Part shown: positions 29,752 to 39,201 of the stretch, one piece after another
Position numbering within the stretch: position 1 is the first letter of the stretch
Layout of the letters: every line of letters starts with the position of its first letter
Assembly (NCBI GenBank): GCA_903929485.1
Contig: CAIYUY010000026.1
Location: 6,279-70,278, forward strand
Origin: an uncultured Desulfuromonadales bacterium
GTDB lineage: Bacteria > Desulfobacterota > Desulfuromonadia > Geobacterales > CAIOGM01
DNA length: 64,000 nucleotides
Direction: 5' to 3'
The notes under the pieces: model-generated
Told to the model about the DNA's origin: nothing
The model's database searches: none
The model's input: the letters and a program-made list of their open reading frames with translations, nothing else
Made by a program: the position numbers and the translations under genes

Positions 29752-30972
29752 TTATCCCAGTGGTTCCAGAGCCGCAAGAGAGATGACCAACCGGAACTCC
29801 CGTTGTTCCTCGCCCACGGTGACCGTAACCGGAATCGTTAACGCCCCATCTTCCAGTTGTCCTCCCCCGCTGATCCCAAGCCGGATCTCACCGGCGCCGC
29901 CGGCAAGTGGTGGCGCGGAAAACGCCGTCTCATCTTCCCCTACCTCTACCTCTTCCTCTTCCTTTTCCTCTTCCTTTTCCTCTTCCTCTTCCTCTTCCTC
30001 GGGAAACGACAACGGACTCTCTTCCAACGGCTCAAACTCCCTCTCCGACGGTTCCGCCGCGAAATCCTCCCCTTCCTCTATCTCAGGTTTATCCTCCGGC
30101 TGAAAGGGGGAATCCGACGTCTCATCGGACAGATCAAACTCCATCTCCTCAAGTAACGCCGCCTCCTCAGCCTCAGCCTCGGCCCAAGCCTTAGCAGCGG
30201 CAGCTTCAGCCTCGGCTTCCGCCCGAGCTTCGGCCTCCGCCGTTGCTTTTCTCTCAGCCTCGACCTGTCTCTCAGCCTTGGCTTGAGCTTCGTCCGCCGC
30301 CTGTGCCTGTGCCTCAGCCTCAACATTAGCCTGCTTCTCCGCCTCAGCCGCAAGTAATGCTTCCGCCTCGGCCTCGGCAACCTCAACCTCCACCCTATCC
30401 TTGATGTTCGCCAGAATCATCTTGGTGAGACAGGAAAGGGGGGCGTGCACCCCCTCGCCGCGAGACGATACCGTGGGAAACCCCGGGACGTTATCACGAT
30501 TGAGAGTCCGTTGCAGCTCTTCCAGGGGGACGGCCTCCGGGAGATCGCGCCGGTTATACTGAACCACGAAGGGGATATAGTCGGAACCGGCCCCCTCCAA
30601 GGCAAGGAGCCCCTGCAGTTCGCTCAACATGTCCAGGTTCTCCTGCTGCCGATCCGGATCGGAATCGGCCACAAAGACCACACCGTCGACTCCTTTGAGC
30701 GCGACCTTCCAGGTGGACGGCATGTGCACCTTGCCCGGAACCGTATACAGGTGAAACCTGACACTGTACCCTTCCAACTGATTAAAAGCAGGGCAGAAGT
30801 TAAAGAAGAGCATCCGGTTTCCCTGCACCGTCAGCGCCTTGAGGCTGCTCCGGATATCGGGATCCAGACTTCGGCAGATATAGGCGAGTGAAGTCTGCTT
30901 GCCGCTACCTTCGGGGCCAATGTAGACTATCTTCGCATTCACTTCTCTCAGGAGATGATTGAGCAGAGCCAT
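29752..30972 (-). CDS. MglA-like small GTPase domain with Ala/Glu helical linker, poly-Glu tract and C-terminal domain
   Basis: REVNAKIVY.GP.GSGK, FHLYTVPG, LKGVDGVVFVADS and QYNRRDLP match MglA; about 210 extra C-terminal residues. Start ATG 30972. Confidence 0.85.
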   Translation of the reverse strand: MALLNHLLREVNAKIVYIGPEGSGKQTSLAYICRSLDPDIRSSLKALTVQGNRMLFFNFCPAFNQLEGYSVRFHLYTVPGKVHMPSTWKVALKGVDGVVFVADSDPDRQQENLDMLSELQGLLALEGAGSDYIPFVVQYNRRDLPEAVPLEELQRTLNRDNVPGFPTVSSRGEGVHAPLSCLTKMILANIKDRVEVEVAEAEAEALLAAEAEKQANVEAEAQAQAADEAQAKAERQVEAERKATAEAEARAEAEAEAAAAKAWAEAEAEEAALLEEMEFDLSDETSDSPFQPEDKPEIEEGEDFAAEPSEREFEPLEESPLSFPEEEEEEEEKEEEKEEEEVEVGEDETAFSAPPLAGGAGEIRLGISGGGQLEDGALTIPVTVTVGEEQREFRLVISLAALEPLG

Positions 30973-31006
30973 GAGTTTTTCCTTTCCGGATACGACTACG
31001 TCAATT

Positions 31007-32095
31007 TCAGCGGCGCCCGACAACGGTACAGGAAACCCCGTTGCTCTTCAGCCGCTCAACCAGAGCAGCCGCGGCATCTTTCGTGGGGAAGGAGCCGGCG
31101 GTAAGCTGCCTGCTCGCCAACGGAACGAGAACCTGCGTCAACCGGGCGGAAATCCCCCAGGTGGAAAGCCGCTCCAGTTCCCTATTCCCCCCCTCTTCTT
31201 CATGGTACGAGCCGGCAATCAATTCGTAGACCCCGCCATGGGGGAGAATAAAGGCGTCAGGCGCCTCCTCCAACATTTTCTTCCTCTCGGCGGCGGCCAG
31301 ATCGGCATCTTTATACTCAGCAACGAGCAATCGATACATGCGCGTGGAGCGCTTGGGGCCGCGGGAGGTCACCGGCTCCAAACCGGCCTTTTTCAGGAGA
31401 AGACGCGCCGGGATCAGTTCACGGTCCGTGATAAAGGGACCACACCGGACGGCAAACCGCTCCTTATCGGTGACGGCCGCAAGAGGCGGGCTGTCAGCCG
31501 GCTTCGGAGGAGGGACGGCTTGCTGCTGTTTAGCGACGGCCGCTACCACCCGGGGTGGACTCTTAACCGGAGAGCCGGCCGCCGGAACCGGGGGGAGTGA
31601 CGGCGCCGCCACGGGACGCGGCAGTGTCACCAGCCGGCGCGGCGGCTCGGGCGGAACTTTTTTAACCACCGCCGTGACCGCCTGGGGAGGCGGAGGAGGA
31701 GAAACCTTATGCTCCGCCACGACGGGAGTAGTGACCGGCGTTCCGACCATGGCGACCGCTTTCGTTTCCTTGACCGGTTTTGCCGGTATCGCCTGATCAC
31801 CCCTGGGGGACGGCTCGACAGGCTTCACTGCCGATCGCGCCGTGGTAACGGCGGTGAGCGCCGGTCGGACAGAGGCCGAGCTCCCCTTGCGGGGAAGCGC
31901 TTTGCGCACCGACGCCTTCACCTCCTTGCGCGGCTCCCCATGACTCAGGATCAAGTCGGTAAAATAATAGAGATAGCCAAAGAGCCCCAGAACAGCCAAG
32001 AGCACCACGAGGAGCATCCGTCGCCACCCCGCGAGAAACCCTTCCTGCGAACGCCTCTCCAGCCCCTCCTTTTCCAGTTGCCTCAGAGTTTTCAT
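31007..32095 (-). CDS. Membrane-anchored SPOR-domain protein
   Basis: N-terminal TM, Pro-rich linker and SPOR-like C-terminal repeats (FAVRCGPF, YELIAGSY, LTAGSFPTKDAA). Start uncertain. Confidence 0.75.
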   Translation of the reverse strand: MKTLRQLEKEGLERRSQEGFLAGWRRMLLVVLLAVLGLFGYLYYFTDLILSHGEPRKEVKASVRKALPRKGSSASVRPALTAVTTARSAVKPVEPSPRGDQAIPAKPVKETKAVAMVGTPVTTPVVAEHKVSPPPPPQAVTAVVKKVPPEPPRRLVTLPRPVAAPSLPPVPAAGSPVKSPPRVVAAVAKQQQAVPPPKPADSPPLAAVTDKERFAVRCGPFITDRELIPARLLLKKAGLEPVTSRGPKRSTRMYRLLVAEYKDADLAAAERKKMLEEAPDAFILPHGGVYELIAGSYHEEEGGNRELERLSTWGISARLTQVLVPLASRQLTAGSFPTKDAAAALVERLKSNGVSCTVVGRR

Positions 32096-32196
32096 AACAT
32101 CATTCCCCGTTTCCCACCTGCCGGTTATCACTCCTATTCCCCACCCCTGCTCTGCCGCACTACGGAGCCACGAGGGGAGGACTCTCCCTGCTATCC

Positions 32197-34287
32197 CTAC
32201 CCCTTTGCCACCTTCTCGGCGGCAGCCTGGGCGATGACCTTCTGCGCCATGTGACTCGGCACCTCTTCATAATGGGAGAACTCCATGCTGAACAGACCGC
32301 GATCGCTCGTCATGGACTTGAGATCGTTGGAATACGCCAGCACCTCGGACATGGGAACCACAGCCCGAATAATCTGGGAGTTGGCTTTAGGCTCCACCCC
32401 CACGACCTTCCCCCGCCGCGAGTTGAGGTCACCGATGACATCCCCCATGGTATCATCGGGAACGGTGATCTTCATATTCATGATCGGCTCAAGAAGAACC
32501 GGCTTGCAGAGTTCCATCCCCTTTTTGAAAGCCATGGAACCGGCCACCTTGAAGGCCATTTCCGAGGAGTCCACCGTGTGGAAGGAGCCGTAAACCAGCG
32601 CGGCTTTGAAATCCACCACCGGATACCCTGCCAGATACCCCTCTTGAGAGGCATCATGTATCCCCTTATCCACTGCGGGGATATACTGCCGGGGGATGAT
32701 GCCGCCGACAATCTTGTCCTCAAAAACATACCCCTCGCCCCGACCGGCAGGGGACATCTCAAGCCAGCAGTCACCGAACTGACCCTTGCCACCGGACTGT
32801 TTCTTGTACTTCCCCTGAACCTTGGCGCTACCGCGAATGGTCTCAAGGTAGGGAACTTTCGGACTCTTGAGCAGCACCTCAACCCCGAACTTCCGTTTCA
32901 GCTTCTCGACAATGACCTCCAGGTGAACCTGCCCCATGCCGGAAATAATCATCTCCTTGGTCTGGCTGTCACGATGGGATTCCAGCGTCGGCTCCTCCTC
33001 GATCATCCGATGAAGGGCGTTATGAATCTTGTCCTCATCGGCCTTGGTCTTGGGCTCGATGGCGTAGGAGATTACCGGGATGAGCTGTTTTGCAGGCTCG
33101 TAGACAATGGGGTTCCCTTCGTCACAGAGGGTATCGCCGGTAACAGTCTCCTTGAGCTTGGCCACCGCCACAATGTCACCAGCCACGGCTTGTTTAATCG
33201 GCTTCTGCTTCTTACCCTCCAGCTCAAAAATCTGGCCGATCCGCTCCTGGGTTTCCTTGGATGAGTTGTAAACCATGGAGTCGGAATTAAGAACCCCCGA
33301 GTAAACTCGGAATATGGTGATCTTACCGGTGTAGGGATCGGAGGTGGTCTTGAAGACCAGGGCTGAGAAAGGTTCGGATTCAGCGGGGGCCCGCTCTATA
33401 AGCTCTCCACTTTTGGGGTTTGTCCCCACCGCCCCGGTCCGGTCCTGGGGGGAGGGGAGATAAGCGCAGATAGCGTCAAGTAGCTGAGCGGCGCCGATGT
33501 TCCGGGTGGCTGAACCGCAGAGCACCACGGTAAAGGTGCTCCGCATGGTCCCCACGCGAAGCCCGTCAAGAATCTCCTCTTCGGTCAATTCCCCGGTTTC
33601 CAGGAATTTCTCGGTAAGGGCATCGTAGGCCTCGGCCACGGTCTCCACCATCATCTCCCGGAGTCGCCGGGCCTCACCCAGATGTTCTTCCGGGATCTCT
33701 TCTTCAGTGAAGGCGCCGGAATGGTTATTGACATAACGGAGGGCTTTCATCCGGACCAGATCGATGACCCCCTGAAAGCTCTCCTCTATGCCCAACGGCA
33801 TCTGAACAGCCACTCCACGCGCTCCCAGCGCCCGTTCCATGTCGTCGATAGCCCTCAGAAAGTTGGCCCGCTCCCGATCCAACTTGTTAACAAAGGCGAT
33901 GCGAGGAATCTCGAACTCATTGACCCACTTCCAGATCTCTTCGGTCTGGGCCTTCACCCCCGAGATGGCTGAGAGGATGATCACCGCACCGTCCAGCGCC
34001 CGCAGGCAGGCGCGACTGTCGGCGATGAAATTGCCGTAACCGGGGGTGTCCACGATATGAAGAGAGTGATCGTTCCACTGACAGTGATCCAGGGCCGACG
34101 TGATGGAAATCTTCCTTTTTATCTCTTCGGGCTCGAAGTCCATGGCGGAGGTGCCGTCATCCACGCGCCCCAGTCGGTCGATCATACCGGTGGTAAAGAG
34201 GATGGCTTCCGTCAGCGATGTCTTGCCCGCCCCGCCATGGGCTACGATGCCGAGGTTTCTGATCTTTGCCGTCTCATACGTGCCCAT
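32197..34287 (-). CDS. fusA: Elongation factor G paralogue (EF-G II type)
   Basis: Full EF-G domain set. G1 AHGGAGKT and effector RKISI differ from canonical AHIDAGKT/RGITI. Not in an rpsL-rpsG context. Confidence 0.93.
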   Translation of the reverse strand: MGTYETAKIRNLGIVAHGGAGKTSLTEAILFTTGMIDRLGRVDDGTSAMDFEPEEIKRKISITSALDHCQWNDHSLHIVDTPGYGNFIADSRACLRALDGAVIILSAISGVKAQTEEIWKWVNEFEIPRIAFVNKLDRERANFLRAIDDMERALGARGVAVQMPLGIEESFQGVIDLVRMKALRYVNNHSGAFTEEEIPEEHLGEARRLREMMVETVAEAYDALTEKFLETGELTEEEILDGLRVGTMRSTFTVVLCGSATRNIGAAQLLDAICAYLPSPQDRTGAVGTNPKSGELIERAPAESEPFSALVFKTTSDPYTGKITIFRVYSGVLNSDSMVYNSSKETQERIGQIFELEGKKQKPIKQAVAGDIVAVAKLKETVTGDTLCDEGNPIVYEPAKQLIPVISYAIEPKTKADEDKIHNALHRMIEEEPTLESHRDSQTKEMIISGMGQVHLEVIVEKLKRKFGVEVLLKSPKVPYLETIRGSAKVQGKYKKQSGGKGQFGDCWLEMSPAGRGEGYVFEDKIVGGIIPRQYIPAVDKGIHDASQEGYLAGYPVVDFKAALVYGSFHTVDSSEMAFKVAGSMAFKKGMELCKPVLLEPIMNMKITVPDDTMGDVIGDLNSRRGKVVGVEPKANSQIIRAVVPMSEVLAYSNDLKSMTSDRGLFSMEFSHYEEVPSHMAQKVIAQAAAEKVAKG

Positions 34288-34298
34288 GTAAACCCCCT

Positions 34299-35066
34299 TT
34301 ATTCCTTATTCCGTTCGTAGAGAATCCGGAGCCCTTCCAGTGTCAGGTGCTCCTCCACAGCTTCGATGGTTTTCGATTCGGGAGCGATGAGGGCCGCCAG
34401 ACCGCCGGTGGCTATGACCGTGGGGCTCTCCTTCCCTTCGGCTTTCATCCGGGTTACGATCCCGTCCACGAGCCCCACATAGCCGAAGACAATGCCGGCC
34501 TGCATGGAGTTAACCGTGTTTCTGGCGATGACATGAGGAGGCTTGACCACCTCCACCCGGGGGAGTTTGCTCGCCTTTTGAAAGAGAGCCTCCATGGAGA
34601 TGGCCAGGCCGGGGGCGATAGCCCCGCCGCAGTACTCCCCTTTTTTGTTCACGTAATCGAAGGTGGTGGCAGTGCCGAAGTCCACGATGATGAGAGCACT
34701 CCGGTATTTCTCATAACCCGCCACGGCGTTGACGATCCGGTCCGCCCCCACCTCGCGGGGATTGTCATACTGGATCACCATCCCGGTCTTGAAGCCGGGG
34801 CCGACTACATATGGCTTCAGGCTGAAAAACTGACGGGCCAACCGCTCCAGCACCCCGGTCATGGTGGGAACCACCGAAGAGATAATGATATCGGTAATAT
34901 CGGTAAAACGACGCCCCGAGAGCCCAAAGAGAGCATTGACCAGGATTCCGTATTCGTCCGGTGTCTTCCCCTTGTCCGTGGCAATCCGCCACTCCCGCTC
35001 CAGACGCTCTCCGTCATAGATTCCCAAAACTATATTGGTGTTGCCCACATCGATGACCAAAAGCAT
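34299..35066 (-). CDS. coaX: Type III pantothenate kinase
   Basis: [24 protein letters not shown] and ATGG. Confidence 0.96.
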   Translation of the reverse strand: MLLVIDVGNTNIVLGIYDGERLEREWRIATDKGKTPDEYGILVNALFGLSGRRFTDITDIIISSVVPTMTGVLERLARQFFSLKPYVVGPGFKTGMVIQYDNPREVGADRIVNAVAGYEKYRSALIIVDFGTATTFDYVNKKGEYCGGAIAPGLAISMEALFQKASKLPRVEVVKPPHVIARNTVNSMQAGIVFGYVGLVDGIVTRMKAEGKESPTVIATGGLAALIAPESKTIEAVEEHLTLEGLRILYERNKE

Positions 35067-35084
35067 ACAGCCCCTTATCCGGGT

Positions 35085-36104
35085 TTAGCCGCAGAGCGAG
35101 ACGTCACCGGTGTAAAGCGACTCCACCCGACCGTCGTCCCTCCGGAGAAGGAGCGCCCCGTTCTCGTCGATCCCCACCGCCACCCCTTCCCGAGAAGGGG
35201 CGCCGCCGTCATCCACCCGTACCCGGCGCTGGATAACACCACACAGAGAGATCCACTCTTCCCTGATGGCGCCATAGCCGCCGTTCAGATATTGATGGTA
35301 GAGTCCGTCAAGTTCTTCCAGCAACCGCCGGGTGAAACAGATCCGGTCGATCGGTTCACCACCTTCCAGGAGGAGAGAGCCGGCGGGATGACGCAGCTCC
35401 GGAGGGAACTGTTCCAAAGTCATATTCAGATTAACTCCGAAACCGAGAACCACGGTGGTAACCCTGTCCGTTTCTGCAGTCATTTCATTAAGTAACCCTG
35501 CCACCTTCCTCCCGTTGACGAGAATATCATTGGGCCATTTGATGACGGGGGTGAGCGGAGTGCAGGAACTGATGGTGCGCGCCACCGCCACCACGGAGAG
35601 AAAAGTGAGCTGGGGAGCATCCAGGGGGGTGATGGGAGGACGGAGCAGCACCGAACCATAGAGATTGACTCCCGGAGGCGAGGCCCAAACCCTCCCAAGC
35701 CGCCCCTTCCCCTGAAACTGGGATTCGGCCAACACCACCGTCCCCTCCCGAGCCCCCTCTTCACCCAGTCGGGCAATGGCGGTATTGGTGGAACCGGTTT
35801 CCGTATAGGTAATAAGAGTCTTGCCCAACCTCCCCGTCTTCATTCCCGCGGCAATAGCGGCAGGATGGAGAAAATCGGGAAGTCCGGCCAGACGATACCC
35901 CCGGGAAGGGACCGACTCAAAAACGAAACCATGTTCCCGCAACGCCTCGATTCGTTTCCAGACGGTGGTGCGGGAGACCTGGGCGGCGGTGCTGAGATCC
36001 TCGCCGGAGAGAAACCGTGCTCCACAATTTAAAAACGACTCCAGCAGGAGCCGGTCAATGTCGCCGGCATGGGATTCAATCCGCTGTCCGGCCACACCTT
36101 TCAC
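35085..36104 (-). CDS. birA: Bifunctional biotin-protein ligase/repressor
   Basis: N-terminal HTH (VSRTTVWKRI), GSTN, GKGRLGR and KWPND...KVAGLL. Confidence 0.95.
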   Translation of the reverse strand: MKGVAGQRIESHAGDIDRLLLESFLNCGARFLSGEDLSTAAQVSRTTVWKRIEALREHGFVFESVPSRGYRLAGLPDFLHPAAIAAGMKTGRLGKTLITYTETGSTNTAIARLGEEGAREGTVVLAESQFQGKGRLGRVWASPPGVNLYGSVLLRPPITPLDAPQLTFLSVVAVARTISSCTPLTPVIKWPNDILVNGRKVAGLLNEMTAETDRVTTVVLGFGVNLNMTLEQFPPELRHPAGSLLLEGGEPIDRICFTRRLLEELDGLYHQYLNGGYGAIREEWISLCGVIQRRVRVDDGGAPSREGVAVGIDENGALLLRRDDGRVESLYTGDVSLCG

Positions 36105-36943
36105 GCTCCACCCAGGAGCAGGGAGATATCCACGGCGCGGGCCGAGTGAGTCAGAGCTCCCACGGAGATCAGGTCCACTCCGGTTTCGGCAATACCTCTC
36201 ACGGTATCCAGATTGACACCGCCGGAAGCCTCCACCAATGATCTACCGGCAATGAGCGCCACTGCTTCCGCCATGGCCAAAAGATCCATATTATCCAGCA
36301 TGATGATATCAGCGCCGCAGGCAACCGCCTCGGCAACCTGGAGCAGGTTTTCCGTCTCCACTTCGATCTTCATGGTATGGGGAATTGCGGCGCGAGAACG
36401 AGTCACCGCGGCGGTGATCCCGCCGGCGGCGGTGATATGGTTCTCCTTGATCAACACAGCGTCATAGAGTCCGGCTCGGTGGTTACCGCCCCCTCCCACC
36501 GTCACTGCATATTTTTCCAATACCCGGAGGCCCGGGGTGGTTTTTCTGGTATCAACAATCCTCGCCTTCGTCCCCGCCACCGCAGCCAGATAGCGCGACG
36601 TGATCGTTGCTATACCGCACATCCTCTGAAGCAGATTAAGAGCGACCCGCTCACCCTGCAAAATAACAGCGTCCATGCCCTCAATTTCGGCGATAACGTC
36701 GCCCGGCGAACAGCGGTCACCATCCTTGAAACGGGAAGAGTAAGTGGTTGCCGGGTCCAGCATGGTGAAGACACGGGCCGCCACCTCACATCCCGCAAGG
36801 ATGAACTCTTCCTTGGCGATGAGACGCGCCTGAGCCTGACGCGGCAAAGGGATCACCGACCGGGTCGTGACGTCTCCGGTGTGAATATCTTCCCGGAGGG
36901 CATTTCTGATAATTGAATCAATGAGATCCATGAACATCTCCAA
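36101..36943 (-). CDS. nadC: Quinolinate phosphoribosyltransferase
   Basis: DTRKTTPG, HRAGL.D..LIKENH, EVE, MLDN, EASGG and VGALTHS. Confidence 0.96.
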   Translation of the reverse strand: MEMFMDLIDSIIRNALREDIHTGDVTTRSVIPLPRQAQARLIAKEEFILAGCEVAARVFTMLDPATTYSSRFKDGDRCSPGDVIAEIEGMDAVILQGERVALNLLQRMCGIATITSRYLAAVAGTKARIVDTRKTTPGLRVLEKYAVTVGGGGNHRAGLYDAVLIKENHITAAGGITAAVTRSRAAIPHTMKIEVETENLLQVAEAVACGADIIMLDNMDLLAMAEAVALIAGRSLVEASGGVNLDTVRGIAETGVDLISVGALTHSARAVDISLLLGGA

Positions 36944-36960
36944 GGCCGGAATGTTTGCTC

Positions 36961-36989
36961 TTTATATCACAGGTTACCGGGTGCCGCAA
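36961..36989 (-). promoter_or_regulatory. Putative sigma70 promoter for the nadC operon
   Basis: TTGCGG-N17-TATAAA with TG immediately upstream of the -10 region. Confidence 0.4.
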
Positions 36990-37010
36990 CCGAGAAACAG
37001 GGATCGAGAC

Positions 37011-37044
37011 TCTGCGTTCTACGTTCTAGGTTCTACGTTCGAAC
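37011..37044. repeat. GTTCTAS heptamer tandem repeat
   Basis: TCTGC-GTTCTAC-GTTCTAG-GTTCTAC-GTTCGAA between divergent promoters. Confidence 0.75.
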
Positions 37045-37059
37045 TTTTCAACGAAACAA

Positions 37060-37088
37060 TTGACGTTCGGTTGTTTGCCCTATAAAAT
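37060..37088 (+). promoter_or_regulatory. Putative sigma70 promoter for the solute-binding protein gene
   Basis: TTGACG-N17-TAAAAT followed by AAGGAG RBS and ATG. Confidence 0.65.
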
Positions 37089-37121
37089 GGCAATGATCAA
37101 CCACCACAAAGGAGTTCAACA

Positions 37122-38006
37122 ATGAAAATGAAAGCAGTCCGCACCACCTTCATCGCCTTACTGTTTGGCGCATTTACCCTTGGCGCCGCCACCGCCTTCG
37201 CCGGTGATCTCCCCGAAGTAAGGAAAGCCGGAGTGCTACGCCATATCGGCGTTCCCTATGCCAACTTCGTCAGCGGTTCCGGGGACGGCATGGATGTTGA
37301 GATCATCAAACTCTTCGCCAAACAACTGGGGGTCAAGTACGAGTTTATCCCGAGCAACTTCGGAACCGTCGTGGAAGACCTCATCGGCAAGAAGGTAAAA
37401 GTCGTGGGAAATGAGATAGAGTTCGGCGACACCGTTCCGGTCAAGGGAGATCTCATTGCCAACGGCTTTACCGTCCTCCCCTGGCGACAAAAAATCATGG
37501 ATTTTTCCTCCCCCACCTTTCCCAATCAGATTTGGCTCGTCGCCCGTGCCGATTCCCCGTTAAAACCAATCAAGTCGAAGAATCTGCAAAAGGATATCGA
37601 CCGGACCCGCTCCCTCCTGAAGAATAAAAAAGTTCTCGCCATTCCCAAGACCTGTCTCGATCCCGTCATCAACAAACTTGAGGACACAGGCGCTGAAGTA
37701 GTTATCCACGAAGGGAATCTCAACGAAGTAGTTCCGGCGCTGGTAAACAAGAAGGCGGAACTGACCATCCTGGATGTTCCCGACGCCCTTGTTGGTCTGG
37801 AAAAGTGGCCAGGCAAGATCAAGATCATCGGCCCTACCTCGGGAAAACAGACCATGGCCGTCGCCTTCCCCAAGGAATCTCCGCTGTTACGGGACGCTTT
37901 CAATGAATTTTTGAAGAAGATCAGAAAGGACGGCGCCTATGACCGGATACTCAAGAAGTACTACCCCACCGTAGGTTACTATTTCCCTGAATTTTTCAAA
38001 AAATAA
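37122..38006 (+). CDS. Periplasmic solute-binding protein, family 3-like
   Basis: Signal peptide (AFA), GVLR, GMDVEIIKLFAKQLGV, DFSSPTF and LRDAFNEFL...DGAYDRILKKY. Confidence 0.85.
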   Translation: MKMKAVRTTFIALLFGAFTLGAATAFAGDLPEVRKAGVLRHIGVPYANFVSGSGDGMDVEIIKLFAKQLGVKYEFIPSNFGTVVEDLIGKKVKVVGNEIEFGDTVPVKGDLIANGFTVLPWRQKIMDFSSPTFPNQIWLVARADSPLKPIKSKNLQKDIDRTRSLLKNKKVLAIPKTCLDPVINKLEDTGAEVVIHEGNLNEVVPALVNKKAELTILDVPDALVGLEKWPGKIKIIGPTSGKQTMAVAFPKESPLLRDAFNEFLKKIRKDGAYDRILKKYYPTVGYYFPEFFKK

Positions 38007-38012
38007 ATCCGG

Positions 38013-38042
38013 TGTAGGGGCGACGCATGCGTCGCCCCTACA
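38013..38042. repeat. Perfect 30-bp GTAG REP palindrome between convergent genes
   Basis: TGTAGGGGCGACGCATGCGTCGCCCCTACA; core identical to 16006-16033. Confidence 0.9.
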
Positions 38043-38044
38043 AG

Positions 38045-38782
38045 TTAATAATACACCTCAACCAAGCAGAGCCCCTGAGGTGGCGCCGTGGCGCCTGAAA
38101 GCGACCGGTCCCCCTGGGCCAGAAGCCCGGCGACACTCCCCCTATCCATCCTTCCCCGCCCCACCGCCACCAGCGTCCCCACCATGATCCGGACCATGTT
38201 CCGCAAGAAACCGGTTCCCCGGACGTCGATCTCGATGAACCCGCCCGGAGTGGCGGTAATATCCAGGCCGGTGATGGTCCGCACCGTGGTCTTGGCCGCG
38301 CAGTTGGCCGCCTGAAAAGCACGAAAATCGTGCTCGCCGATGAAGAAGCAAGCCGCCTCCCTCATGGCGAAAAGGTCCAGCTCTTCCTTGATAAGCCAGG
38401 AGGTAAATCTGCTGAGCGGGGCGCGGGTGGGACTGTTCAGGATGGTGTAGCGGTAGAGTTTACCCCGGGCGTCGGCACGGGGATTGAAAAGGGCGGGGAC
38501 TTCCTGGGCCGATTGGATGGCCATATCGGAGGGGATCAGGTTATTGAGACCATGGCTGTAAGCAGCCGGCGGCAGCTCCCTGGACGTGGTGAAGACCGCC
38601 ACCATCCCCTTGGCATGTACCCCGGCATCGGTCCGTCCCGAGGAGCGAAGCCGCACCGGCTCCCCCAGCAGCTTCAAAAGCCCACCTTCCAGGACCTCCT
38701 GCACCGTCAAGCCGTTGGGTTGAAACTGCCAGCCGCAGTAGTTGGTGCCATCGTATTCGATGATCAGCTTGATGGAGTGCAT
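38045..38782 (-). CDS. truA: tRNA pseudouridine(38-40) synthase
   Basis: YDGTNYCGWQ, SGRTDAGVHA, GEHDFRAF, GFLRNMVR and TAPPQGL. Confidence 0.97.
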   Translation of the reverse strand: MHSIKLIIEYDGTNYCGWQFQPNGLTVQEVLEGGLLKLLGEPVRLRSSGRTDAGVHAKGMVAVFTTSRELPPAAYSHGLNNLIPSDMAIQSAQEVPALFNPRADARGKLYRYTILNSPTRAPLSRFTSWLIKEELDLFAMREAACFFIGEHDFRAFQAANCAAKTTVRTITGLDITATPGGFIEIDVRGTGFLRNMVRIMVGTLVAVGRGRMDRGSVAGLLAQGDRSLSGATAPPQGLCLVEVYY

Positions 38783-38792
38783 GCAGAAAGAC

Positions 38793-39185
38793 TCAGCAGC
38801 CGCAGCCGCAGTTGTGGCAGACCTTCCGGTTATGGTCCTCGGGGGGGACGGTCTCCGGCGCGAAGGCGATCCGGTTCACCCCTCGCCGTATGTCCTCCGC
38901 CAGATTCAGGTTGGGACTCTTGCCGATGACATGACCGAGACAGATGTTGGCGAAACCGTCGGAAAGTGAGTTGATCCTCACCGCATTAAGGAGATCCCCG
39001 TAACTGTTTATGTCGATGGTGAATTCCGGGTTATCCGCCAGGGAAAGAAAAACGTCGCACCGGGCAAGCTCTTCGGTCATTTCGCTGAAGAACTTCCGGT
39101 ACGCCGGAGAATCCAACTCCACCCGCCAGTCGGGACGAAGATGGTTCCGTTTGTAGAAGGTGAGGATTATCTGCTTGCCCGCCAT
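38793..39185 (-). CDS. Hypothetical protein with C-terminal CHNCGCGC motif
   Basis: GGGAGAG RBS, tight operon packing between the receiver gene and truA, Cys-rich tail. Confidence 0.75.
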   Translation of the reverse strand: MAGKQIILTFYKRNHLRPDWRVELDSPAYRKFFSEMTEELARCDVFLSLADNPEFTIDINSYGDLLNAVRINSLSDGFANICLGHVIGKSPNLNLAEDIRRGVNRIAFAPETVPPEDHNRKVCHNCGCGC

Positions 39186-39201
39186 GGCTCTCTCCCCATA
39201 A

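Noticed and set aside
38783-38815. Selenocysteine read-through at the TGA after CHNCGCGC
   Set aside because: No SECIS-like hairpin is evident after the TGA and truA starts about 10 nt later.
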